Shown here piece after piece: positions 12,495 to 24,770 of a DNA stretch of 64,000 nt; the stretch's first letter is position 1; the number at the start of each line of letters is the position of its first letter. The notes under the pieces are model-generated. The model saw only the letters and a program-made list of their open reading frames with translations, did not search any database and was not told the DNA's origin. Both the position numbers and the translations under genes were made by a program. The DNA comes from Macrostomum lignano (Eukaryota), in contig NIVC01003898.1 in assembly GCA_002269645.1 (NCBI GenBank), positions 6,869-70,868 of the forward strand, read 5' to 3'.

Positions 12495-12890
12495 CTGGCG
12501 CCCCTGGTGCTGGCGCCCCTGGTGCTGGCGCCCCTGGTGCTGGCGCCCCTGGTGCTGGCGCCCCTGGTGCTGGCGCCCCTGGTGCTGGCGCCCCTGGTGC
12601 TGGCGCCCCTGGTGCTGGCGCCCCTGGTGCTGGCGCCCCTGGTGCTGGCGCCCCTGGTGCTGGCGCCCCTGGTGCTGGCGCCCCTGGTGCTGGCGCCCCT
12701 GGTGCTGGCGCCCCTGGTGCTGGCGCCCCTGGTGCTGGCGCCCCTGGTGCTGGCGCCCCTGGTGCTGGCGCCCCTGGTGCTGGCGCCCCTGGAGCTGGCG
12801 CCCCTGGTGCTGGCGCCCCTGGTGCTGGCGCCCCTGGTGCTGGCGCCCCTGGTGCTGGCGCCTCTGGTGCTGGCGCCCCTAGTGCTAAAG
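12495..12890. repeat. 15-bp minisatellite (CTGGCGCCCCTGGTG)n, about 26 copies
   Basis: Near-perfect tandem array. Source of the LAPLV/GASTR ORFs. Confidence 0.95.
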
Positions 12891-12895
12891 CCCTG

Positions 12896-13647
12896 CTGGT
12901 GCTTACATGTAATCCTGGTGCTTACATGTAATCCTGGTGCTTGCATGTAATCCTGGTGCTTACATGTAATCCTGGTGCTTACATGTAATCCTGGTGCTTA
13001 CATGTAATCCTGGTGCTTACATGTAATCCTGGTGCTTACATGTAATCCTGGTGCTTACATGTAATCCTGGTGCTTACATGTAATCCTGGTGCTTACATGT
13101 AATCCTGGTGCTTACATGTAATCCTGGTGCTTACATGTAATCCTGGTGCTTACATGTAATCCTGGTGCTTACATGTAATCCTGGTGCTTACATGTAATCC
13201 TGGTGCTTACATGTAATCCTGGTGCTTACATGTAATCCTGGTGCTTACATGTAATCCTGGTGCTTACATGTAATCCTGGTGCTTACATGTAATCCTGGTG
13301 CTTACATGTAATCCTGGTGCTTACATGTAATCCTGGTGCTTACATGTAATCCTGGTGCTTACATGTAATCCTGGTGCTTACATGTAATCCTGGTGCTTAC
13401 ATGTAATCCTGGTGCTTACATGTAATCCTGGTGCTTACATGTAATCCTGGTGCTTACATGTAATCCTGGTGCTTACATGTAATCCTGGTGCTTACATGTA
13501 ATCCTGGTGCTTACATGTAATCCTGGTGCTTACATGTAATCCTGGTGCTTACATGTAATCCTGGTGCTTACATGTAATCCTGGTGCTTACATGTAATCCT
13601 GGTGCTTACATGTAATCCTGGTGCTTACATGTAATCCTGGTGCTTAC
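12896..13647. repeat. 19-bp minisatellite (CTTACATGTAATCCTGGTG)n, about 39 copies
   Basis: Near-perfect tandem array directly abutting the 15-bp array. Confidence 0.95.
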
Positions 13648-14089
13648 TTTGCACGTAAATATATTCTATGCTGTTTAATTAACAAAATTACAAAAACAAA
13701 ATTTGGTTGCATGAAGATTCGACATTGAATGAGCCTTGTTGTGGCAAAGTTAATACTAATTATGAAATATTTTAAAGGCAACACGCAGTGCTTCTGCATT
13801 ACACGATTGAGAAACCAGTTTTTGCAAAACATCAAGAGTGTGGGCCTTTAATATAAGGAGTTGTACAGTAGTTTGTCTTACAGCGCAAAAGTTTCCGTGG
13901 GAAACTTAGGCGAACGTTACATTGAATGAAACTTTAATGTTTCCAAAGCAAGCAGTACGAGCGGACGTTCGGAAGAATACTTATAAAATGTTTTCATTGC
14001 TTCATATGCTTGCATGGTAAACTGACAACCAATGGCTGATGACACCATTTGTTCCTCGATCTGTCTACTTGAAATATCTGCTACTCTTC

Positions 14090-14470
14090 CATCTCCTCTC
14101 TCCTCTCTCTCATTTCCTCTCTCCTTTCCTCTCTCGTCTCTTCTCTCTCCTCTCCTCTACCCTCCTCTCTCCTCTCCTCTCTCTTCTCCTCTACTCTCCT
14201 TTCCTTTCCTCTCCTCTCTTGTCTCCTTTCTCGTTTCCTCTCTCGTCTCTTCTTTCCTCTCCTCTCTCGTTTCTTCTCTCTCATCTCCTCTACTCTCCTC
14301 TCTCTCTCCTCTTCTCTATCCTTTCTTCTCTCGTCTCCTCTCTCCTCTCCTCTCTTGTCTCCTCTCTTCCTTCCTCTCTTCTCTCCTTTCTTCTTCCTTC
14401 TCACTCCTCTCTTCTCCTGAGTCTCTACAGTCTCTTGTATTATTCTACTCGAATCTCCTCTTTTCTTCCG
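14090..14470. repeat. CT-rich low-complexity tract
   Basis: Degenerate CTCCT/CTCT repeats. Confidence 0.85.
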
Positions 14471-14984
14471 CTTCAACTCCCATTCCGGTCGATCAAGACT
14501 GAAAGCAACACACTAATATTTGTTATAATTCAGCTTTAAAATGTTCCAAAAATTTTTCAATCGCTTCAAAAAGAATTGCCAACGCCGCGATTCTTATAGC
14601 TCGCATTAAATCCGAGCATTAAAGCTGGCAGTGATTTACGACTTAGTCCACATAAAAATGGCTATTTTTCATCTTATCTCTTCTCATACTGGGCCCGGCT
14701 TGACCTTCAATCTATATAGTTGAGGCTAGAATCTAGCGAATTGGGCCATTTACTACCCCGAGTATTTGCTCACCACTGTACGTTATAGCTAATGCTTCAG
14801 ATAGCTAAACTAATGTTTGCACATTTGTGTACATGATCCATCCGGGATATTCATCAGGCTCAAGCTAGACTCCAGTCACTGTGTCTTAAGCTCAGTTGAG
14901 CAGTTCTCTGTTTGCGGCTATTTTATGAATTTATTTATGATCCATCTATGCCAGAGGGGCTTACAGATATGAAGCCAAATGAGA

Positions 14985-15450
14985 GAAGAGTGGAGAGAGA
15001 GAGTAAGAAAGAGGAATGGGGAAGGAGGAAAGACAGAAATAGGGGAGACGAGGAGAGATTATAATAGAGAAAATGTAAGAGATTAGATTAGAAGGAAAGG
15101 GGTGAGATGAGATTAGAGAGAAAGGGGTGAGATGAGATTAGAAAGAAAGGGCTGAGATAAGATTAGAGAGAAAGGGATGAGATGAGATTAGAGAAAAAGG
15201 GGTGAGATGAGATTAGAATGAAAGGGGTGAGATGAGATTAGAGAGAAAAGGGGTGAGAGGCCGAGAGGTACCAAACTTTACAACCCCAGGAAAACAGCTA
15301 AAAAAGGGGTTAAAATAAAAGGGGTGAGATGAGATTAGAGAGAAAGGGATGAGATGGGATTAGAAAGAAAAAGGGGTGAGATGAGATTAGAATGAAAGGG
15401 TGAGAGGCCGAGAGTGACCAAACTTTACAACCCCAGGAAAACAGCTAAAC
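14985..15450. repeat. GA-rich degenerate repeat containing a local duplication (CCAAACTTTACAACCCCAGGAAAACAGCTAAA twice)
   Basis: GAGATGAGATTAGA units. The duplicated block occurs at about 15270 and 15418. Confidence 0.8.
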
Positions 15451-17674
15451 TGCTACATGCATGGTAAGCATCCAATTTTAAAGCATGTGATGATACATGT
15501 ACATGTACATGCACGAGCGTACATGTACATCTACCTCGAAAACTTGTACAAAACAAGATAGATGGCAAACAAGAAAGAAAGAAAATTAAAAAAAAACTGA
15601 TAAACTTCGCTTTTAGGGTCGCGCTTCTTAGATTTGCGATGCCAGAGTTACGTAACTGGTTCAGAAATCACAGAACAGTCTGCTTACGCAATATAGTCTC
15701 TTTTTACTAAGCAAATTTTAACGTTTGCTGCTGTGATTCGGTTTTGTTTGGAAATGTTTTAACATTTTCATTTTTTGACATTTGCACTGCATGCGTTTTT
15801 TCAAGTTTTTCCTGATTCCTCTTGCGGGAGCGCGTTGAAAACATTTTTGAAGATTGTTGAAAATGATTAAAAATGATGTGGGGCGATTCTCTAAGATTGT
15901 GGGGCGATTTTCTAAGATGATGGGGCGATTCTCTAAAAGTGTCTTGGGGCGATTCTCTAAAAGTGTCTTGGGGCGATTCTCTAAGATTGCGGGCGATTCC
16001 CGAAGATTGTGGGCGATTCCCGAAGATTTTGGGGCGATTGTTGGTGAGTCTGTAATACTATCCAGAGAATGTTTTCGACATTTTCAAGTGCAATATTCTA
16101 AGAACGTTTATAGGGCCGTTATTCAAGAGGTCCTCTAGGCCCTCCATCAAAATTTCGATGGTGATTGATCAAGATATTAACAAAGGCGATCTAATTAAGT
16201 CGATGCAGGCGCTTAATGATTGTCAAGAGCATTTTAAGCTGTCAGGGATGTCATAAAAAACAAAGGAAGTGCTACAAGTTTACTGATTTAATATTTAATA
16301 ATGCTTTATACTTTCTTCTAGAAAGTAAATAATCTTTGCAGATATGCAGTTAGTAAATGAAGATAATTAATAATGTTCATTTCTCATTAAGCCTGCAGCA
16401 AAGCAATAAGTAACAAAACAAAAACAAATATTACACAGATCCATCACTCAGTCAGTAGTTAGAAACAATTGCAAAATCCCATATCAATTAAGAGCAATAA
16501 ATTACGAAGATAGCTGTTTGGTTAATTAGATATTACTTATAAAAATACATTTAATGAAGTGCAGCATGCCAATGATGGAATAAACACATTCTGTGGATAC
16601 CATAATTAAATTTCTTCCAGATGAAAACGTCACTATAGTTTGTTGTCAAACAGATGAACTGTGGTTGGTATATAAAAATTAGCATTAAAAATGGCTAATT
16701 GCGTAAGCTGATACGATGTTATTTTGTAAGACTGCTTTCAGACTAGATTTTGTTTAGCATAAAATAAGCTTGTGTCGCTGAAAATAATAACCAATGTACC
16801 TTAGTACCTTACCATAAATTTAGCAACAAAAAGACCACAAATGAAAAATTCATGCAAACGTAAAGACTCCAGAGTCTTCTATGGACAAAATAAATTTCTA
16901 TAAACGTTTAGTTAGCTGTAAAGTGAGAATTAAAACAAATATTAAGGCCCAATGACATTCGCAACTTTACACAAGAATATCAGCTGCAATGCTAAGGCAA
17001 TTAATATAAATTTAACAAAACATCTGCCTGGATTATTAAACTACAACTTATAATAAATCTTAGTATACTCAAATTTCCACACCGAATCTTTGCTGATCGA
17101 CGCACTATTTGACGGTGCGAAATCGTGTTAAAGGTTATAAAAAATAATTTACGCTCGTAGTAAGTTAATGATTGAAGCAGCTATTGATCCGAGTTAAAAA
17201 AAACTGATATATCCATAAACGTTAACAAAGCCACAAAGATATTCCAGATAAAATGTATGCGATACGAAAGCAATATGAAACATTTGAATAGCTCGTATGC
17301 ACACATTAAACAAATATCAGCTTGTTATCTGATAATATCCAATGAAACAGTTTTCACCCAGAAAAATAGACGTACAAGTTAAGAGGTTGATGAAATATAT
17401 CGGTACAAAATGCCTAAAGCAGGATGGAAGGAAGAGAGGTACAAGACAGATAGATGCATGAGATTTGAGGGCGAGGGAAGAGCTTGGAGGTCAAGAGGTG
17501 AGATTAGGGCGAGGGGGTGAGACTAGAGGGCGAGTGATGATGGGATCGAATGTGGGACTCGGATTGAATGAGAATAGAAGAAGGAAAAAACCTTACGGGG
17601 CAAGTTGAAGCGATCTTGAATCTTGAAGACGCAGAATGAAGAGAGTGCAAATAAACACCCAATGCTTCACTTCA

Positions 17675-20303
17675 CTAGGCTTGGTGATCTCGACTGCCCG
17701 TCAGACGATGAAACATTTGTTCGTTAATTTCCTGACTTCGGTCGGGCTTTCTCAGGCTGAGGAACACGTAGCCGCCGACCATTTCGGCCAGCGTTTTGCA
17801 CACGGACAGCCGGGAGGCGAAGAATGGGCTGGGGACCAAAGTCATCTCGTGCGGCGGCCGGTTGAGGGTCAGACGGAAGCTCATTACCTCCCAGTTGACG
17901 GTCCAGGAGGCGAGTTCCTGGGTTCGAGTTGGAAACAAATTCAATGTGTTTGCTGATGATGATTAGGGCAACAAATTGGATTTACAATAGAAATTTTTCC
18001 CGGTTACAGGTAACATAGTTAAAAGACGACAGATAGTTTCACGTAGCTAAAGCACCTGTTCCCGGCTATTCTCACCTGGTATCGCCAGGTATTGAGAATA
18101 TCCCCAGTCTGCACGTCCAGCCGCATAATCCTGTTAAACGCTACGCCAAACAGGGCGTCGTGATTTTTGCGTCGCTCTTTACGAAACTCGCTAAACGTCA
18201 TCGGCTTGGAGCGACTCTCCGTGTAATTAACAAGGAAATACGCCACCCCGTGCATTGGCAATCGTTGCCAGGTGCGAATGTACTCCAGCTTCGACTCGAG
18301 TAAATTTAGACTCCGTACGTTTGCGTGGCGCTCCAAAATGCCCTGAGTACGAGGATTGAGCAAGCAAAATTTGTATTTATGCACAAAGTACTTAATAATC
18401 AGATTATCAGACTACAACTTCTACAACTTCAGCAAAACAAAATATCCGAAGTATTTACCTGCAACAGAGCCCGACTCTTGTGCTTCTTCAGGCAGCGCAA
18501 GGCAACGAAATCGGCCACATCAATGTTGGGCATGCTGTCAACAGTCAGCATTGGCTGCGGCCTTGGCGCCTGCATGTCCAGTCTTGTCAGGGTCTCCTTC
18601 AGTTCGCTGTCATAGAGACTCTTGCTAGCCAAAGTTTTGCCCCGAGACGCCAGGGAGATTGCAGCAACCCACTGGGCGTACTGGTCTTTGGTCTCGCAGC
18701 GGAGCCACACCTCTTGCATTAGTCCGGACTGGGTCAGGATGAACAAGCGGATGCCAAACTTTCTGGTAGTCATGTTCAAATCCGGCACAACTTCGGCATT
18801 TTTTAAATTGAACGACTCAACAAAGGCGGCCATTTGACTAGCTGCGGCCTGGTCCGGGTACAGGTAGAGCGTCGTATCTCGCAGGGCAAAGAAGTACCGT
18901 TTGTAGTTCTTCAGAGTGAAACGTTTGGGTTTGAAAAATTTCAGGTAGCCAGAAAGTTCGGGCACCTCGCGCACCTCTGGCTGCTTCTGTTGAAGATGCT
19001 GTTGCTCCGACTGCTGACGCGACAAGTTCCCGATGCCATAGTGCGCGTCCGACATCAGCGACATCTCTAGATCGGCCAGTGCAGCGTCGATTTCGTCATC
19101 GGCAGCCGTGTCCTCCTCTGTGACTGTAGCCGCCGCAGCGGCAGCGGAAGCCGCAGCGCCGGAATTTGACGATGTTGCTCGTTGAGGATCGTTTGCCTGT
19201 AGATGGCCCTGCAACTGCAGAGCAGCGAGCAGCATCATTTCCTCATCGGTGCAGTCGATCTCCTCAGTGAGAAGGGACCATTTGACCTGCTCGTAGATCT
19301 GGTTGATGCGAATAGCGTCATATTTGATGTTCAAATCGTAGAATGCAAAGTATTTGAATCGCAGCAGCAGTTCCTCTTCGCAGCCAGGTCGGACGCCCTG
19401 CTCCATTAGCGACTTGGACGAGTCCAGCCACGTGACTGACAGCATTGCTCGTTCGGTGTTGCTTCTCAACCGCTGAAGACCCTTCTCAGTCAGGGCCGTC
19501 TGCAACGGCACGTGTGGACTATTGGCCAAGTAGCTCTCGTCGGCACCCTCGAAAGCCAGCGAGTTGATGGACATCGGCGACATGAGGTTGGCGGACTCTC
19601 CTAGCCGAGGACTGCCAGGCGACTTTACCAGGCTGTCCGCTCCGTTTCCGTAGGGCAAAGTGCCCGCCGTCATTGAAGGCGCCTTCGGAACCAGCGGATT
19701 AAAGGCGTCGCTTCGTCTATTGTTCGATAGGCGCTTTCGCGAGTCCATAGTGTCATTGCCGCCGTTTCTATTGATCGATCGCGATCGGCGCATGCTGCTG
19801 AACCGGCTGGACTTGGTTGTCCCGACGCTGTACGCGTAGCCGTCGCCGCCGCCGCCGCCGCCGCCCAGACCGAAATCTGCCGTGTCAATTCGGCGCTTCA
19901 GTGAGAGCTCTTCCGGGTGCCGGATGCCCAGATCCTTGCAGATGCTCATCACTACGCTGAATACAGTCTGGGAAAAATTGACTCTAAGCTCCTTCTCCTG
20001 GAGATCGGGAAGCTGGAGGCGCAGCCAGTTGTGCATCCGATGGAATTCCAGCTTGGCGTCGGCTTGCACACCATTCTGGTCGAGAGTCTGTCGAGTTTTC
20101 AGCAGCCAACAGTTCCTCTCGGGCCACCAGAGCCCATGGTCCGACCAATCCAGCTTAACATCGATTGCTTCGACGAGTTTCAGCATGACGCCGCCGATGT
20201 GCGTCTCGCCGGAGACGCGGATGCGCTTGACAATTTGCAGGTCTTCGACTAGTATGCTGAGCTCCCAGCTGCCGTCAACGTAAATTCCATGGCCGAGGTC
20301 CAT
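17675..20303 (-). CDS. FERMT2: Kindlin/fermitin family FERM-PH protein, about 784 aa. Exons 20303-18459, 18342-18076, 17917-17675.
   Basis: MDLGHGIYVDGSWELSI (F0), WSDHGLWWP, WLDSSKSLMEQGV (F1), YDAIRINQIYEQVKWSLLTEEIDCTDEEMMLLAALQ (F2), PH domain GYLKFFKPKRFTLKNYKRY, and F3 W-TVNWE...GGYVFLSLR...MFHRLTG. ATG in Kozak-like context CCGCCATGG. Two phase-0 GT-AG introns. Confidence 0.95.
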
Positions 20304-22369
20304 GGCGGAGAATCTCAGGCTCAAACTGAACTAGGCTGTCGACTGTGTTGTTTATAATATCGTCTGGTGGTTTTAGCTCGCGCGCTCGTGTCTTCTAAAA
20401 GCAAATGCTTTCTTGATCAAATTAGCTCAACTATCCGTTGCTTTCGGAGTTGCAGAGTCCATAAGTAAATTTATTGATTCGTAAAATATTATAATAGATG
20501 CTTTTGCTAATAACTATTTTTTCGTCTCTCAACGTAAACGCACTAAGCGCTGTCGATTGTATTTCCGTGCAGGAGTAAGTGAACGGCTTTTCCGCTTAGA
20601 GCAAAGCAGTACAACTCGCGATAGAAATGTATGCTGGCAAACGGACCCTGGCACTAATACTACATATAAAGCCAAAGAAGAGCTCTCTTTTTTGTTTCTG
20701 CTCTTGAGTTCGTTTCCGTTCTACTCTTATCAGGCAAAGCCAGGCGTGCTTGAGCGGCCGCGAAGGGAGGGGGTTAGTGTTATTACAGCTCTCTCTCTCT
20801 CTCTCTCTTTGGTTTAGTCTGTATGTGGCGCCCGCCACTCCAAATATGTACGTCTTACAAACTGAAATTGGGGCGCTGGGCGGTGTGTCTCGGCTTGAAG
20901 AGGGGTGAGTGTGAGGAGGAGGGAGGGCCTGCTGGGGTGGTGGGGTTGGGGAGGGGTTCCGTGGAATGCGAGCAACACCCCCCCCCCCGGCCGCCTGGCC
21001 TGAACCAGGCTATAAAATAGAGAAAAGAGGGGTTGGATTCAGTGCCGGGGGACTGGGAGCCCCGCCCTCCCCTAATAAGGTAACGGCCTGTCTATGCAAG
21101 GCGAGAGGGTTAGAGAGGTGCGGAGGGGGTTTACAAAGGTTTGGCGGCTGTTGGGGCAAAGGCCTGCCCTCCTGGCTTACATTGGGGAATTCCCATTGGC
21201 GCGTACACACGGAGGGGGGGGGCTCAGGGCCTGACCCGATTTTTTTGCCAGACCTGTATTGCCTGGCTGCCTGTCTGTCTCTTCTGGAGGGGGAGAGGGC
21301 GTTGGAGAGAGAAGGGAGGGAACTCGGGAGCAAAGAGGGGAAGAGATAAGAAAAAATTGTTGTATTGAGGTAAAAGAAGGACTGGGAAGGGAGGGGAGGG
21401 CGTCACCGCCAGTCATAAGTTCCTCTTTTTCTCTCCAGCCGGTTCGCCAGTAAAAATTAGGCCCTATCCAAATGGATACTTCTACTGTACTCTGCTGATG
21501 CTTCGTGCATCCGAGGGGGTGGGGCAAGTTTGATGGGGAATGGCAAACTGGACTGCATCCCCCATTTCCTAATCTCTCTCCATGCAGGGGTCAGTTAGTA
21601 GAAGAACAGGAGAGGCAGACGGACAGACAGACAGGCGGAGATAAAGGCGGGAGAGAAGTGTGAAGCCCCCAGGATAAGGCCACTTCACTTCCCCTCCACT
21701 TTTTTGTCCCTTCCCCATCCCCAATCTCCCCTCTTCATCTGCTAATCCCTTATAATATCTACACTACAGAACTGACCCGCACAGGCTTAGTAACTAACGC
21801 CAGTCAGTTTCAGGTCTTGGGAGAGGCATCAGCAGTGGGTCTGCAGAGCAATAACAATTTTCCTCTAGCCCTAATTCTTCCCCAATTTCCGACTGTCCTG
21901 AACAAAGAAGATGGGATCCCATTTTGTTGGCTGTTGCTAAGCGGTTCGTTCAAGTATCCGTTTCCCCGAATCCCCGGCCGTAGCTATGGGTCGGATCCAA
22001 TGCTAAGTTGCATCTTCCTTCAGTGACTGACTTGCAACTGTAGCGGCCTTACTTGAATGAGCATAATTTACTGTGGTAAAATCACGCCGCCATATCGAGG
22101 GTGTTTTAATAAGGCCAAGGTGTACTTATGCGGCGTCGAATTCTATACAACTGCTGTTATTATTGTTGATTGGCACACCAAGCGTTGCTGATGGCAACGA
22201 ATACCAGATACGAGCGTACAAATTAACGAAAGGGAAAATACATACAAAAAAGTTAGTGAAGACTCGGGGCAAGTTGCATTCTTGTTTGTGTCATGTCTCT
22301 GACAAAATTGTCTAAAATTTTCATTGATCTTTATTAGTAATAATTAAGGTAAAACACTATCCGTGATTT

Positions 22370-23300
22370 CCTACTCCCTGACATTCAGTGGGGTTGCTAC
22401 TCCCTGACATTCGGTGGGTCAGTGGATTGCTACTCCCTGACATTCAGTGGGGTTGCTACTCCCTGACATTCAGTGGGGTTGCTACTCCTTGATATTCAGT
22501 GGGGTTGCTACTCCCTGACATTCAGTGGGGTTGCTACTCCCTGATATTCAGTGGGTCAGTGGATTGCTACTCCCTGACATTCAGTGGGGTTGCTACTCCT
22601 TGATATTCAGTGGGGTTGCTACTCCCTGACATTCAGTGGGGTTGCTACTCCCTGATATTCAGTGGGTCAGTGGATTGCTACTCCCTGATATTCAGTGGGG
22701 TTGCTACTGCCTGACATTCAGTGGATTGCTACTCCCTGATATTCAGTGGGGTTGCTACTGCCTGACATTCAGTGGATTGCTACTGCCTGATATTCAGTGG
22801 ATTGCTACTCCCTGATATTCAGTGGGGTTGCTACTCCCTGACATTCAGTGTGGTTGCTACTCCCTGATATTCAGTGGGGTTGCTACTCCCTGATATTCAG
22901 TGGGGTTGCTACTCCCTGATATTCAGTGGGGTTGCTACTCCCTGACATTCAGTGGGGTTGCTACTCCCTGATATTCAGTGGGGTTGCTACTCCCTGATAT
23001 TCAGTGGGGTTGCTACTCCCTGACATTCAGTGAATTGCTACTCCCTGACATTCAGTGGGGTTGCTACTCCCTGACATTCAGTGGGGTTGCTACTCCCTGA
23101 CATTCAGTGGGGTTGCTACTCCCTGACATTCAGTGGGGTTGCTACTCCCTGACATTCAGTGGGGTTGCTACTCCCTGACATTCAGTGGGGTTGCTACTCC
23201 CTGATATTCAGTGGGTCAGTGGATTGCTACTCCCTGATATTCAGTGGGTTGCTACTCCCTGATACTCAGTGGGGTCAGTGGATTGCTACTCCCTGACATG
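22370..23300. repeat. 26-bp minisatellite (TGCTACTCCCTGACATTCAGTGGGGT)n
   Basis: Direct reading, with about 35 units and C/T and GTCAGTGGAT variants. Confidence 0.95.
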
Positions 23301-24090
23301 ACATTCATTAGGTAATGGCTACATGTATTCTAGTCAACAATATTAGAATCCATAATTTACCAAAAGTTCTACTAGCAGTAGCAGCGCCAAGTACTGCTTC
23401 ATTTATATTTTAGTCAGACAAGATTGTTATGCATACTACTTGTACATGATATATCACTACGCTTTTATAACACAATTTCTTGTACAAGACAAACTGATTG
23501 CTTGGTTAATGAAACCGCGTCTGTAGGTTGTCTGCAGGTAGCTATAGAATGCGACAATAATATTCATTTAGTATAGCAACAGCTCCTGTCTCAGCTATAT
23601 ACTTAAACGCTCTCGCAGACTTCCTCCTTATCAGTTTTCTCCCTCTAGGCCATCCAATTATATAGGGAAATGCTCCGATATCAAATTAGTTTATCCAACA
23701 TTGCAAAAGCAAGTCCTACACTATGCAGAAGACGTTTATGTCAGCTCTTGCAGTGAAAGTGGGCGGCCGCATCTGCGGCAACAAAAATGAGAATTGCAGA
23801 TGAACTGGGAAATAAATTGCTATTGCAGCATTCTGAGGGCTCTGAGCAACAGACAGAATAATTTCATTTTCCCTCGAGTCCTTGCATTTACGAGTAGTCT
23901 AGAGCAGAATTCTAAACGAATCTTGATTGATAGTTACTACTGCTGAAGATGTTGCTTCTGAACTGACTATTGAACAAAAAGGTCATCTTCTTACAAATAC
24001 CCTACTGACTCTCAGGTTGAGCACCACCTCCCACCCTACTGACTCTCAGATTGAGCACCACCTCACACCCTACCCTCTGCCTTTCTATTT

Positions 24091-24620
24091 CAGCGGTAGC
24101 TCAGTGAAGGACACAGCATGGAATGGCGGTAGCTCAGTGAAGGACACAGCAGGGAATGGCGGTAGCTCAGTGAAGGACACAGCAGGGAATGGCGGTAGCT
24201 CAGTGAAGGATCAGCAGGGAATGGCGGTAGCTCAGTGAAGGACACAGCAGGGAATGGCGGTAGCTCAGTGAAGGACCAGCAGGGAATGGCGGTAGCTCAG
24301 TGAAGGACACAGCAGGGAATGGCGGTAGCTCAGTGAAGGACACAGCAGGGAATGGCGGTAGCTCAGTGAAGGATCAGCAGGGAATGGCGGTAGCTCAGTG
24401 AAGGACCAGCAGGGAATGGCGGTAGCTCAGTGAAGGACCAGCAGGGAATGGCGGTAGCTCAGTGAAGGACCAGCAGGGAATGGCGGTAGCTCAGTGAAGG
24501 ACCAGCAGGGAATGGCGGTAGCTCAGTGAAGGACACAGCAGGGAATGGTGGTAGCTCAGTGAAGGACACAGCAGGGAATAGCGGTGGACACAGTAGGGAA
24601 TAGTGGTAGTGGTAGCTCAG
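24091..24620 (+). repeat. 32-33-bp minisatellite (GGCGGTAGCTCAGTGAAGGACACAGCAGGGAAT)n
   Basis: Direct reading, about 15 units. Confidence 0.9.
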
Positions 24621-24770
24621 TGCTGGGTAAGATTCAGATTCAACTTTTACTTAGATCTATTTGAGTTGGAAATCGAGCCACTTATGAGTGGATCTATAGC
24701 ATTATAGTGCAGTTAACAATGTAGCGCAGTGATGCTCAGTTACGAAAGAGCTTAGTAATCTAAAAAAAAA

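Noticed and set aside
12495-13647. CRISPR-like appearance of the constant scaffold with inserts
   Set aside because: The inserts are identical within each array rather than unique spacers, the context is eukaryotic and there are no cas genes.
20557-22241. 9-bp inverted match TGTATTTCC...GGAAATACA as termini of an element
   Set aside because: No TSD flanks it and a match of this length could arise by chance.
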